DNA of 64,000 nucleotides, from assembly GCF_009914755.1 (NCBI RefSeq), contig NC_060936.1; one strand, 5' to 3'. A model generated the notes under the pieces. It did not search any database. It worked only from the letters and a program-made list of their open reading frames with translations, and was not told where the DNA came from. Positions 42,335 through 57,736 of the stretch are shown piece after piece (position 1 is the first letter of the stretch; each line of letters opens with the position of its first letter). Origin of the DNA: the human T2T-CHM13v2.0 reference genome, Homo sapiens. The position numbers were made by a program, and so were the translations under genes.

Positions 42335-42560
42335 GGCACTAGGAAATGTCAGACAGATATGGAATCAGCTGTCAGCTCCACCCTTCACTAGCTGTGATAA
42401 GTAGTATTCACTAACCCTTAAGTCCCAGATTCTAGGTGTATGTAATAGGCACAGCATGAACATATCTCTCAGGTCTGTTGTGAAAAGTAAAGTGGTAAGG
42501 TGAATGATGCACTTCTCCTGGCACCTAACACAGAGTAAGCATTCAACAATTGTTAACTGG
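42335..42560 (+). mobile_element. MIR SINE
   Basis: GTCAGACAGA…CAGCTCCACCCTTCACTAGCTGTGA…CCTGGCACCTAACACAGAGTAAGCATTCAA. Confidence 0.65.
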
Positions 42561-43719
42561 TTTTATTTTCCTTTAATAAGTAGAAAAACTAACCACTAAG
42601 TAACCACATCTAGGTGTATAGGAACTTCTAGAAACCAGACTTATCTCAAGAATTATCCCTTTAGTTCTATTTTTTAAAAAAACCCAAACTTCCAGAGTCA
42701 AATACACTGGGTAAAGTTTCCATAGTTTTGAATTTTACAAAGCCTCTCTACATGCCAGGGCTTTACATAGAGAGTGTCTGGATTCTGCACTTAGGGAATC
42801 CATGTCTCCATGATGCACATAAAAATATGAAGAGTTTGCTTCTCATCAAGCCATAGAAGAATGACTAATTATAGAATGCCAGACGAGATAATTAGATGGT
42901 ACAGACAATAGCTATTATCACAAGCACTAACACATGGTTACTTGCAGTCTACTGTGCCAGAACTGTCAGGAATCCTCCAACTCCGTATACTGCTGGAATA
43001 TATTGAAGAGATCACTTCATAGCCTGAGCATCTGCAGGAGCAAATGAGTGAAGAATTACTTCACCTCCAAAATAAAGAGAATGACTTGATTGCTTTAACT
43101 TATACTTGCTTAACCTTCTTGGCTGAAGGATAACATAGCACAATGTAGAAGTGCCCTCTAACGTTGATTTAGGGGCAAAAGAAAAAAAAATATTGGCTGA
43201 GGGTGGGAAGAACCTGGCCCCTGATACTTGCAGGTGTATTTTTCTTGGGAAGCAAGATTGCTAGAGAAACAAAAGATTTGGTTCGTTTGGCTTGGCAAGT
43301 CAAAAATGCAATCCTAGGGAAAGACTTTATTTAGAAACTTTATTTTTCCCCTGTTAACTTGAATAGTTTATGGAGAAAAAAAGAACTATAAATGGTTCAT
43401 AAGTTTGCAATTCTTTTTGTTTTGGTTTTAAAAACAAAATACACTATCCCCACCCAGGTAGATCTTGCTATAGATTAATTCCACTTTTAATTGGCTACTA
43501 TTCCGTTCCCCACAAAGCTGCAGTTGAGACTGGGACATGTAATCTTAAAGCATGTGGCAGCAGAAAGGACTCTTCCTCTGTTATCTCTGCCGTCTGCTGA
43601 ATCTTCGACGGTCCTCTCTCCCCTGGACCCCCTCCCTCATCTATACACGTGCCTATCTCTCCTTTTAATGTACTCTTTCCAATAATCTGCAAATCACTGA
43701 TTCTTGCATTTCTGCACCC

Positions 43720-44960
43720 TCCCTTCAGTGTTCAACCCACTACCATCTGGCTTCTGCCTTCAAACTATTTTCCCCTCTGCTCTTTTCTTGTTCTTCTACC
43801 ACTGTGACTCCTTCCTTCTCCTCCATCTCCTTTGCTGATTTCCCCCTCACAACCACAGACATCATTCTTCCTACTCTCTGTGCCCTTGCTGGGTGATCTT
43901 ATCCACATTCATGACTTCCATTTTCCCTTATAGTCCAGTGACCACCAAAGCAATATTCCTAGTCCCCTTAGCTTTCCTAAACCCCAGTCCTGTATTCCCA
44001 CTTGAATAGAAGACAAGGTCATCCTGGCTGCTCCACAGAGACCTCAATTTGACCTGCTCAAAACAAATTCACTACATTCTCTCACAAACTTGCCCCCTTT
44101 CTATATACTGAAGCAATGAATGACAACACCCAGTTGCTTAAGCTTGAGATGTTTGGGTTATTTCTCATTTTTTCTTCCAACATTCCAATTCAACCTGTCA
44201 CCAAGTCCTATTAACTGTACCTCATCAATATGCCTTGAATCCTTCGTCTTTTCTTCATCTGTTCTGCCACAAGCTTAGTTCAAGTTTAATTACTTCTCAT
44301 CTATTACCAGATTATACGTTGAGCTGGTCTTTTTCTATCACTTTCTAACCTTTCTATAAACCATAGAAGAATCCACCCTTTGAGACACATTTTTTTCATG
44401 TTTCTCACTACAAAGAAGTATACAAATAAAAACCAGACAGTAGATCCTTAATGCCTAAGACAGAGTCCAAAATTCTGAACCTAGAGAACACAGCAGAAGA
44501 ATCTCTTCTTCAGCTGACTCTACCCTATGCATCTACTCCATGTTGTTACCCTCCATTTACATATCCATGCACTCCATACCTCAGCCACACCTTTGCCATA
44601 TCACATTAGTCATGCATGTAGTTGCCTTCTTTAAGCCTTTCCTTTCACCAGAAAAGGCACCCTCCCTCAGTCACCTGGTGAACTCCTGCTCGTCTTTCAA
44701 ATTGTAAGTTACCTGTTGGCCCCTCTATGAAGTGATATTGACAACCTCCAAGCTGAATTGATAGTGACTTCCTTTGAATTTCCATTGCAATTTTCTGTGC
44801 TACTATTAGCAATCCTTGACATAAGGTTGTTGTGTAAGTTGTTTACATATAAATCTCCACCCCACCTAAAACCATTAAATCCTTGAAATGAAATACCTTT
44901 AGCACTTAACATATGCCTGTCATCTGGGAGTTGGTGAGCCTGTGGGATGAATGAATGTAT
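43720..44960 (+). mobile_element. L2 LINE relic
   Basis: CATCTGGCTTCTGCC, GGGTGATCTTATCCACATTCATGACTT, CTGGTGAACTCCTGCTCGTCTTTCAA; ends GGATGAATGAATG. Confidence 0.7.
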
Positions 44961-45409
44961 TCTATAAAATTGCAACACTTACAATAGTTAGGCTTATCTA
45001 AAAAAATAAAATAAAAACCAAGACTTTTCTAGCATTCCAATTCCTAAGTCTTCATTCTGTCTCTTTTGGAATGGACTTCTCCAGTGACTTTTTCTTTCTG
45101 TAATCATGCAAATGACAACTTTGTAGCATCTTATTTAATCTATTTATTTATCTTTATATAGATAGTGGACCAGATTTCTGTGTTCTACAATTCCAGGAGA
45201 GTATAATGGGAAATAATATTACATAGATGAAAAGAGACAATTACTTGGGAATGTTCCAAGAGAAGATGGAATTAAGCTCCCTCAGCCCTTTGTTTGAGAT
45301 ACATTTCCCACCATGGCTGCTCTGCCAGCTCAAACCTTTTCTATCAGTCGAGCAAGTACCATCTGTCACCTATTATCAGGGGTAGAAGTCTGAGTACTTC
45401 CACTCACTG

Positions 45410-46309
<900 letters not shown>

Positions 46310-48264
46310 CTATCATCTTCCATCCTTTTCATAAGCCCACTTTCTTTATATCACATTTCTTTTTCTCACCTACTTGAATTCATTCCCATGTTTATTTGCT
46401 TGATTCATGAGGTCACTTATTAATCAATCATTTTATTGATATTTTCAAAGTCCATTTTTACATACAATGTGTTTTTTCACCTAATGGGTAGCATGGGGTT
46501 ACCATTCAATATGTAAAATAAGTTAGGAAAAAAATTTCCTTTATTTTGTTAGGTTTTTCTTTTCCCCCTAATCTTATGAGCTAAATCCTGTGCCATTGAT
46601 AAAGCAGCCACACAGCTTATGGATTCTAATTCCATTTGGTTCTAAATTGCAGAGCTGAGAAAGCAACTGAAAAGACCCAGAGCTGAATTATTGACCAGCA
46701 CTTATTACCATCTTTAAATGGTCTTGACAAATGAAAAAAAAAAAAAAGCAAAACACCTAACAACACTAATAAAACAGTAAGGTGAGAGTTATGGCAAGGA
46801 AACCTCCAGAGACCGATGTGTAAATTTAGAGAATGAGCCAGAAAAAATGAGAGGTCACATTAAAATATATTATCAAAAAATAATTCATGCTTTTAATCAA
46901 GAATTGGGGCATATTTTTGTTTCTTAACAGGAACTAATATCCTGCCAGGGAATGTAACCCGTGGCATCTCTAAAAGAAGTATCTGGATGTCCTAGGCAAA
47001 AGAACAAAATCATGGTAACCAGGAGACATATTTTTCTGTGCCAACCCAGAAAAACAACAGAATTCAATAAAAGAATGTTCTGGGCTGCAGTCTTTACCAG
47101 CTGCCCTCACTGAGAGAAGGGGACACACACAGGTCAGTCTATAATTCTCTCCTCCTTCAGAGCGTGAGTCAAACCCCTCTGCTCATTTATCCAATTCTGA
47201 GCCCCTATTTTGTTTTCCTTTCCTCACTCTCCAGCTTTTTAATCTAGAGAATTTTCTCCACCTTAAGCACTACCTCAAAACAGGTTCACTTAAGTTCTTT
47301 TGTTCCTGCAGAAATAAAAACATTCTTATCTCTGTTATTATCTTTGCCAATAGAACATCGAATCTTACAGACAGCAAAAAGGCAATATGAAAAAGGATGC
47401 AGAGAGAAATCCACAGAAAATGACCAATACAAAAGAAAACCATGTGTTGACAACAGTCCATTTTCCTGTTAGAACACTGTCAAAAATAAAATTGTATTCC
47501 TTACAGTCATGTCAACAATGTTTACTTTGCTTCTCAAGCACCCAACAGAGCCAAGGCAAGAAGAGGGTTACTGAATCTTATTGGTCAGGAAAGTGGAAGC
47601 CTGCACATTAGAGGGCATGACCTGAGCTGGTTTCACCCCCAAATCCTGAGCATTTGGACTGGAACCTAAAGCTTTTCCTGCCCTCTTCTTAAGTTCTGGA
47701 GATCCTTGCCTGCAGGAGGGCTGCTGGGTACCTTTCCATGAGGCTGATTTTATCCTAGGGTGATTCACATGTATCTTGCCCTTATGAAATTGGAAGGGGT
47801 GGTCACTCAGTCATCATGAAGATAGAGCTTACTTATGCTGGAGAATTGAGTGGAAGTGATGATCGGACTCCTTAGTGTAGATGTGTGGAAGGTGCTCCTG
47901 ATCTAGAAGGAGATTTTCAGGGACATTCAGCACACCAGAGTATCTTTTCCAGGACCATCCTTCTGAATCCCCCGGCCCCTGCGCTGCCCCCCCCAACCAA
48001 CCCTCTGCTTTCTGTATTCCTCCCCCGACCCCGGCTGCCTTCTTGATTCCTATAGCCAGGGCTATCTGCCTTGTGGCTGTCCATAGTCCCCTCCAGAGTC
48101 CAGCCCAGGCCTTTCTGTCCAATCCTCTTCAGTGTCACAAACCTCAAAAACAAAACACAATAAAACAAACAAACACGAACAACAACCTCATCATCAAAAA
48201 TCTGATCTTTGACGATTGTGAAGATGACATACTTTATTAAAGTTATTTCCACGAAAGAATCAAC

Positions 48265-48520
48265 AATCGTGGTTATTAAGATGTATTGAATTCTCATTAT
48301 GTGCCATGGGATTTTTCAGTATTTTATACATCATCTCATTAAATCCTTACCCAAACTCTCTCAGGTGACCATTTTTATTATACTCATTTTACTGATGAGA
48401 AAACTGAGGTCTATAGAGTGTATCACTTCCCACCGTCAGTGGACTTCTGCAATCGGAAGAGCCAGGATTCTAACCCCGACGTGTCTGCTACCCAAGGCCA
48501 TGAATTTTCCATTGTGTTAT
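48265..48520 (-). mobile_element. MIR SINE
   Basis: CATTTTACTGATGAGAAAACTGAGG core and GAGCCAGGATTCTAACCC. Confidence 0.85.
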
Positions 48521-48699
48521 ATTTTGTCTCTAATTGACTTTTCTGTTTTACCAACCACACACTTCCAGTGTTTGGAACAATACCATTCCCTCTGTTTGGG
48601 TTAGAGGGGAATTGTTTGGAAAGATAAAAAACAAACTCAAGTTTTTTTGGAGGTAGAGGGGAATAATAGGATACACAGATGTCCTACAGTACACATTTG

Positions 48700-49050
48700 G
48701 GGTCAAAATGTCGTGGGAACCAGCAGGAGTGAGAACCAGAGATTGGAAAGCCAAGGCCTCTCTCTACTTCTCAACTCTTCCTCTCTTGTATATAAGCTTC
48801 TCCTTTCTCATGCTCTGCAGACAAACTTTCTCCGCATGCTAGTCCATTTGGTGGTAAATAGACCTGTTTACTATGCCTGGGTGACAGCAATGAAGAGATA
48901 AACCATAACCAAATCCAGAATCTTATTCCAGTTTGAAACTTCTGGAGAAGAGATTCTCATTGGCTTAGCTGAAGTCATGGATCCATATCCCAGACCAATC
49001 AACTGTGTCTAAGGGCCCAGAGTCATGCTGTACAAATGGATGCTCCCAGG
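48700..49050 (-). mobile_element. Old MLT1 (J/K/L-like) LTR fragment
   Basis: GATTCTCATTGGCTTAGCTGAAGTCA…GACCAATCAACTGTG. Confidence 0.5.
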
Positions 49051-49633
49051 GCTTGCTACAATTACATACGTTTTTCATAGAGATGATTAGGATATCTACT
49101 CTACACCTATGCTGGAAATGTATTATACCTTCATTAAAGGTGGAGTACACATTGATGGATGGTAATGAGTCACTCAGTTTCTAAGAAACTCAAAATGCGC
49201 AATCCAAATGTTCCCAGAGGAGGAATGCAGTATCTGTTTATTGTCTTATCTTAAGCTTCAAGCCAAGTTTTGCCAACACTGATAGAGAAACCACTTCCCC
49301 TCCTATACACACCCCTGAATTCTTGAGTCAACCCTTGAAAAAGTAATAACAGTTTAAAAATATCAGTGTATTCCAATTCACCATTATGAACAAAGGCAGT
49401 CAAAATTCTCATCATTCAAATATATTCATTAGTAGGCATGACTCAGGCTAATAAATACTTACTTTTTTTTTTTAAAAAAAAGCAACCTAAATGAATCCAT
49501 TAGCATGCTTAGAAATCCAAATAATACTATAAACAGATTTCCCCCAATTTGTATTCTGTGAAACACCTGAGTTAAATGAAAAATTCCATATAATAAATCC
49601 CCCCTTTTGGGTGCCGACAAAATTCACTGGCAT

Positions 49634-49833
49634 AGCAGGATGTGCCTATGAATATGATGGGATACCAGTCACATGACTATGTTGTATTATCTATCAAAAG
49701 GAATTTTACAGTTGCGATTAAGATTCCCAATCAGCTGCCTTGGAACTAATAAAAATGAAGTTTGTCATGGGACAGTCTAACCTAATCAAGTAAGCCCTTA
49801 ACAGAAGTCAAAAAGAAAGAGAGATTCTCCTGT

Positions 49834-49871
<38 letters not shown>

Positions 49872-49945
49872 CGGAGTCTCACTCTGTCGCCCAGGCTAGA
49901 GTGCAATGGCGTGATCTCGGCTCACTGCAACCTCTGCCTCCCAGG
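49634..49945. repeat. Inverted duplicate of 55496-55795 (MLT1 fragment + Alu tail + part of Alu right arm)
   Basis: Reverse-complement match with ~8-9 substitutions and a longer T run. Confidence 0.95.
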
Positions 49946-52804
49946 CATTCAAAACCCTCACAATTTGGTTGCAACATACTTGTCAATTTTTAGTTTTCTA
50001 AACCTCTTAGACAAATGGATTTACTTTCAATTCCTTCAAACACTTTTAAAGACTCATTTCTTGACCAAACCTATTCTTTGTCTCATACTGCATGTACCCT
50101 CTGAGACAACTTTCCCTTCTACTCTGTAAATCTGAATCTTACCTATCTTCAAAAGCTGAGCTCTGATGAGCTCTATTCTATAAAGCATTCTTCTTTATTA
50201 TCTGTTGGAGGTAGTCTTTCTTCTCTGAGTCATCCACCACTTTCCAAGTATCTGCTTTTAAGCCCTTATAAATGTTGTGATTTTGGGTTTATTTGATCAA
50301 CATCTGTCTTCTTCCTCTAGACTATCAGCTCCAAACTGGCAAGAAAATTAAACATGTCTGTTTCTGCTTATCATTGTGTCCCCAGGCAACACAGTATCTG
50401 TCACATTGCAGATGTAGAGTAGGTAATTATCAAATAATCAGTTGAATTGACATCTCTTAAGACTCGATTATTTTCTGACTCATGGGGGTAGATAATTTGT
50501 ACCCATGTCTTATTCTCTAGAATAAACTATCAGCTCCTTGAAAACATTATCTACATCTGCTTCCATTTGGTAGCCCTCAAAAAAAAAAAGTCTTGTGTGT
50601 TGTAAATATTCATTGAAAGCTGATTAACTAACAAGGAAATTTGGGGAAAAAAAAACTGTGAAGTCATGTGGCCCTATGTTCAAATCCTGGCTTTGTAAAT
50701 TTGGATTAAAACTGTTTAAGGATATTTTCTAGTTAATGTAAGTATTAATATTTTATGTTTTGTTACCTATGAAGAGCTTTCATATATATATATGTATATA
50801 TATGTGACACATTGTAGCATATATATGATATATTCATATGTCTCAGTTGATTGTTGAACTACATCAGATAATATTTTATCCCCAATTTGCAGATGAGGAA
50901 ACAGAGGTAAAAATAAAGCAATTGAGGCTTAAAGAGACTAATGGCCACTCAGCTATTAACTGAGGAACAGTGATTCCAACTAAAGTTTTGTAGCCCTAAT
51001 TCTGTGGCTTTTCCATTCTCATATTAATATATTGGCAACATATAGATTCATATCAATGGATCTGTGCCGTTGGATAACAAAATGCTTTATAGAATTCAGG
51101 CTTCTTTTAGTTCGTGTCTATTGATCCAACCTCTGAGCACACTAGAAGGGGCTTATTTAGAATTTCTGGTCTCATAATAGAAACGCAGGAGAATTATGTG
51201 GTAAATCTTAGAGGAAGAGCAGGATAGGCCCATTTTCATATTTGGCATTAAAAAAAACTCCCCCCAAAGTCCCTAATAATTTTTTTCCTCTCTCAGATGC
51301 TTTCTTCTCTGAATAGGTACCAAATTGAAGCTCATCATTTTTATATAAACCAGAACCCCTTCTTCTATTTGTTTATTTGTTGGTTTTTAAAAATCATTTG
51401 ACCTCTACATTGAAACTCAAATCCAAATCAAGAAAAAAAACAGTGCTTATTTATTAAGCAGTTTGCTGTGATGATGCTCTTTCCCAGGAATGAATCCCTG
51501 TCCCTCTCAGACTTCCTTTCACAGGATGCTCTGATCTGGCTCGCCCTTACAGCACTAGGCAAATTGTTTTGCCTGGCTTATTCCATCAAATACAAGGCTC
51601 AGCTGCCTTTTCTCACACTCGGAATCCAGCAGACCATTTTCCTTGGTCATCAACAGAGGAGTGGAGTCTCTTCTCTTAATGGGCTGAGCTCCTGCCAAGT
51701 TCCAAGTGCTCTTGCCCTTCCTTAAGGATGCTGAATATTTGCTCCTTACCCAAGACATCTGGATACCTTGTGTGAGTAACCCCCTCCTGAGGGTGGTGGG
51801 TTATTTCAAAGCAAATCATTCCAATAAAAAAAAAATGTTTAGGAACTTTCAAACAATTTTGATAGAACTTGGTAACTTAAACGAAACAAAAACTTTTCCA
51901 GTTGCAGCTTCTACTCAACAGCAGGTGAAACAATAAAAAATATTGAACAAGCAAAATTAATCTGTAGCCAGAGAATTTTAATAAATTTTAAAACAAATAC
52001 ATCCACATAGATCCTCTGGGATTTTGCCAGCAAGTGTTTAACAATCTGTTTTTAATATCCAGGCAATGTGCTGCAACTGCAGGCATTGAACAGTAATGAA
52101 GTACTTTGTAAAAAATAAATAAAAGCAATAATAATGCTGAACACAATTTCAAAAGAGAAACACAATGGTGACAGAAAAGATTTTGGCTGAAACACAAGGA
52201 ATACCAGAACGTATCCTGGTTAAAATATATCAGCTGGATAGGTGGCTACTGTAGGCCTTCCATTCTTGATCTAGTAGTGGAACAGGTTTGTAGCCTAACC
52301 ATATAACATTTACATCTAATGAGCCAGGCAGCTAAATGTTAACCCAGATCTAATTAACAACCGTATGAGAAGCATGACATTTGGTACATTTTTCCTTTTC
52401 TTTCTTTATAATCCAGAAAATTTCCTCAAAACTTTAGAAATAAAAAATAATTTTGCAGAAAGACACTTTTTTGGTAACCATTATTCCCCTAGTTAGAGTA
52501 ACACCTCATTTGTCCATCATCATTGAGGGAACGCATGTTCCTCACAAATTAATTTTCCTGTAAAAGAAAGCAAGTTTCGTGTTCAAAGTAGTCAATTTCA
52601 TCTAGATGTTTTTACTGGAACTCTTTCTAAAAGATATTACATATTGAACAGGATTTGACCTTTTCTGATGATTCAGAGTTATCATCATGGCCATCAATCT
52701 CCATGAATAGCCACCAACTCTTTCCCTTCCAAATGCAAACATACTGGAATCTCTCACAAGCTAAAAGAAATGTTCCTTTCAACCCTATCTATCTTGAATC
52801 TCTC

Positions 52805-53775
52805 TTTTAAATTTATTTTTTAAAAACAGCTTTAATGTAGTACAATTCACCCATTTAAATAATACAATTCAATGATTTTTTAGAATATTCACATTTTTGT
52901 GCAACCATCATCATAGTCAATTTTAGAACACTTTCAGAAAGAAATATATACCCATTCGCTATTTTCCCTGCTTATACTTTGGCACTGCACTCCTGCACTT
53001 CCCTATCCCAGCTTAAAGCAACACCAATCTACTTTCTGACTCAATAAATCTCCCCATTCTGTACTTCCATATGAACAGAATCAAACAATACATAGTCTTT
53101 TGTGGCAGGCTTTTTTGACTCAGCATAATATTTTCAAGGTTCATCATTTGTTGCATGTATCTGGATATTGTTCCTCTTTAAGGCTACATAAAATTGCATT
53201 GTGTGAATACACCACAAATTTAAAATCCATTTCTCCATTAATTTGGGTTGTTTCTGCCTTTGGCTCTTTTAAATAATGCTGCTATAAACATTTGTGTATA
53301 TGTTTTGTATCCACAAGTGTGGACATAAATTTTCATTCCCTTTTGATATACACCTAGGAACGAAATTGCTAGGTCATATGATGATTCTGTGTTTAATCAT
53401 TTAAAGAACTGCCAGACTGCTTTTCAAAGTGGCTGTACCATTTTACATCCCCACCAGTAGTATATGAGGGTTCTAATTTCTCCACATCCTTGTCAACTCT
53501 TGTTAACCTGTTTAATTATAGTCATCCATTGTGATTTTGATTTGCATCTCTCTGATGAGTAATGATGTCGAGCATTTTGTGTGTGTGCTCATTGGCCATT
53601 TGTATATCTTTGGAAAGATATACAAATTTGGAATCCAAAAAGATCTGAAAAACATTGTGGTTGTCTTTTTATTACTGAGTGGTGAGGGTTTTTTATATAT
53701 TCTAGACACAAGCCATTACTAGGTATATGATTTGTGAATAATTTCTCCCATTCTATGGATTATCTTTGTACTTAT
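52805..53775 (-). mobile_element. L1MB-like 3' fragment
   Basis: ACAATTCACCCATTTAAA…GTGCAACCATCA…TTTTAGAACA; ORF2 end in antisense (KCSTSLLIREMQIK). Confidence 0.85.
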
Positions 53776-53789
53776 AAAAATGCTGTCCT

Positions 53790-54900
53790 TTCCCTTAGTT
53801 TCCACTGAGAAGAATCCCTTGTTGCCCAGCTATTTAAAAGGAATTCACCGTAGTCCTTTTATTCCACTATGTATCTCTCCCCATTCGTTCTTAAAATCCA
53901 CTGCACTATAACTTTAACATCCACAATTGCTTTGCAACTCTCTTACTAAGGTAACACTGTTCTTAATAGGGCCAAGGATTTTCTTATTGTTAAACCCAAA
54001 TGCTTTCCTTTAATGCTTACTCTACTTACTAATTAACATATGGCAATCTTCAACCTTTATTTCTTTGAAAATTTATCCTCCCTTAGCTTTCAATATATGA
54101 TTTTCTCTAGATTTTATTCTTATTGTAAAAAGAATTTCTTATTTTCCTCCCCTGCTCCTCTTATTTGTACACTTAAATGTTGATGTCCCTCCAAGTTCAC
54201 TCTGTCATCATATTTTCCAAGTACATCTTCTACATGAATTATCTCATTTATTCCTGTGCTTTAAACTCTACTGATAACTATCCAAACAAATCTCCAGCCT
54301 TCACCTTGTTCCAGAGTCCAGAACTACATTTTTAACTGCCTAGCAGTTCCTTCTTAACCACTTAGAATTACTGCAATCAATTAAAACATGACACTTTCAA
54401 AATAGAAAGTAAGTTCTCTCTCTAATTGTTTATCTTTTCTTATTCTCATATCATTGAGGCAAGGATGTTTGAATCATTCTTCACTAATCTTCCTCTTTCA
54501 TGTTGGTCTCCTGTCAGTCATCAGGTTGATCTTACCTTCTAAATATCTTTCTAATCTTCCTTTCTTCCTCACTGCTGTCATTACCTTTCAATAAACTTTC
54601 CTAATGATTTATTAGGATTATTTTAGCACAGCCCACCTCAGTTCCCTTCTTCCATCATCTCTCTTATCCAATCCATCTTTGTCACTCTGGCCAGCATTAA
54701 CCTTCTAAAACACAAACTTGTTATTGGGACCCTTTACCTTTACAATGACTACCTTAAACAGCTCCCTGTGGCCCACAGAACAAATCTTTCCATGATGCCT
54801 CAGACCCTTAATTATTTGTCCTCATCTGTATTCCTCCTGTTGTGTTGTCTACCTGCCCCCAATCCAGAAATTTTAACTGACTTTCTGTTCCCCAAGAATG
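53790..54900 (+). mobile_element. L2 LINE relic (continues ~55890-56110 and ~57750-57840)
   Basis: CTCTCTTACTAAGGTAAC, TCTCCAGCC..ACC…CCAGAGTCCAGA, CTTCTAAAACACAAAC. Confidence 0.65.
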
Positions 54901-54901
54901 C

Positions 54902-55878
<977 letters not shown>

Positions 55879-56126
55879 ACATAACATGCTCTGTCATGAC
55901 TCTATGCCTTCTCATAGACCATATCTTCTTCCTATTATATCCATTCCTCTACTGTCAATTGGGAAAGTCCCCAACTGGCTTTTAAGACCAAGTTCAAATA
56001 GTAGTTATCCATTAAGTCTTCAAGACAAATCAGTTTCTTCCCTCTTTGTACACCCATTCTACTTTCTATCTTTTTCTATTATATTTGCTTAGGTTTTTGC
56101 CATCCCAGCTGGACTGTAAAATTTTC

Positions 56127-57736
56127 TTTGTTTTAAGTGTTTTTATTTTAATTTTTGTGGGTACATAGTAGGTGCATACATTGATGGGGTATATGAAATG
56201 TTTTGATACAAGCATACAATGCATAATAATCACATCATGTAAAATGGGGTGTTCATCCCTTCAAGAATTTATCATCTGTGTTATAAACAACTCAATTATA
56301 CTTTCAATTAATTTAAAATGTACAATTAAATTATTTTTGACCATTCTCACTCTGTTGTGCTAGCAAATACTAGGTCTTATTCATTCTTTCTATTTTTTGG
56401 GCCCATTAACATCCCCAGCACCTCCCCTGCCCCCTGCCACACAAACACACACCACACGCTACAATTTCCAGCCTCTGGTAACAATCCTTCCAGTCTCTAT
56501 TTTCATGAGTTCAATTGTTTTGATTTTTAGATCTCACAAATAAATGAGAACGTCTATGTTTGTCTTTCTGTGCTGGTTTATTTCACTTAGCATAATGACT
56601 TCCAGTTCTATCCATGTCGTTGCAAATGACAAGATTTCATTCTTTTTATGGCTGAATAGTACTCCATTGTGTATAAGTACCATATTTTCTTTATCCTTTC
56701 ATCTGTTGATGGACACTTGGGTTGCTTCCAAATTTTGGCTGTTGGGAATAGTGGCTGCGACAAACCTGAGAGTGTAGATATCTCTTTGATACACTGAATT
56801 CCTTTCTTTTGGGTATATACCCAGCAGTGGGATTGCTGCATCATATCACAGGTGTATTTTTAGGTTTTTGAGGAACTGTCAAAGTATTCTCCATTGTAGT
56901 TGTGCTAATTTACATTCTCACTAATAGTGTACGAGGGTTCCCTTTTCACCACATTTTCACCAGCATTTGTTATTGCCTGTCTTTTGGATATAAGCCATTT
57001 TAACTGGGGTGAGATGATATCTCATTGTAGTTTTGATGTGCATTTCTGTGATGATCAATGATGTTGAGCACTTTTGCATATGTCTGTTTGTCATTTGTAT
57101 GACTTCTTTTGAGAAATGTCTATTCCGATATTTTGCCTATTATTTAAATTAGATTACTATTAAATTGGTGCGAAAGTAATCTAAAAGTAATGGCAAAAAC
57201 CGCAATTACTTTTGCAACAACCTAATAGATTTTCTCCTATAGAGTTGTTTGAGCTCCTTATATATTCTGATTATTAATCCCTTGTCAGATGGGTAGTTCA
57301 CAGATATTTTCTCCCATTCTGTGGATTGGCTTTTCGCTTTGTTGATTGTTTCCTTTGCTGGGCCGAAGCTTTTTAACGCTATGTGATCCCATTTGTCCAT
57401 TTTTGCTTTGGTTGCATTATTTTCGCTTTTGGTTGTCTTTGCTTGTGATGTACTACTCAAGAAATTTTTGCCCAGCCAAATGTCCTGGAGACTTTCCCTA
57501 TTTTCTTGTAGTAGCTTCATAGTTTGAGGTCTTAGATTTAAGTCTTTGGTCCATTTTGATTTAATGTTTGTAAATGGCTAGAGATAGGGATCTAGTTTCA
57601 TTCTTCTGCATATGAATATCCAGTTTTCCCTGCACCATTTATTAGAGAGACTGTCTTTTCCCCAGTAGATATTCTTGGCACCTTTGCTGAAATTGAGTTC
57701 ACTGTAGGTGTGTGGATTTGTTTCTGAGTTCTCTAT
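56127..57736 (-). mobile_element. L1MA2-like 5'-truncated LINE-1
   Basis: 3' end TTTTAATTTTTGTGGGTACATAGTAGGTG…; perfect 17-bp TSD TGGACTGTAAAATTTTC at 56110-56126 and 57737-57753. Confidence 0.92.
57160..57225. mobile_element. MADE1 mariner MITE, internally deleted
   Basis: TTAAATTGGTGCGAAAGTAAT…TAATGGCAAAAACCGCAATTACTTTTGCAACAACCTAA flanked by TA. Confidence 0.88.
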
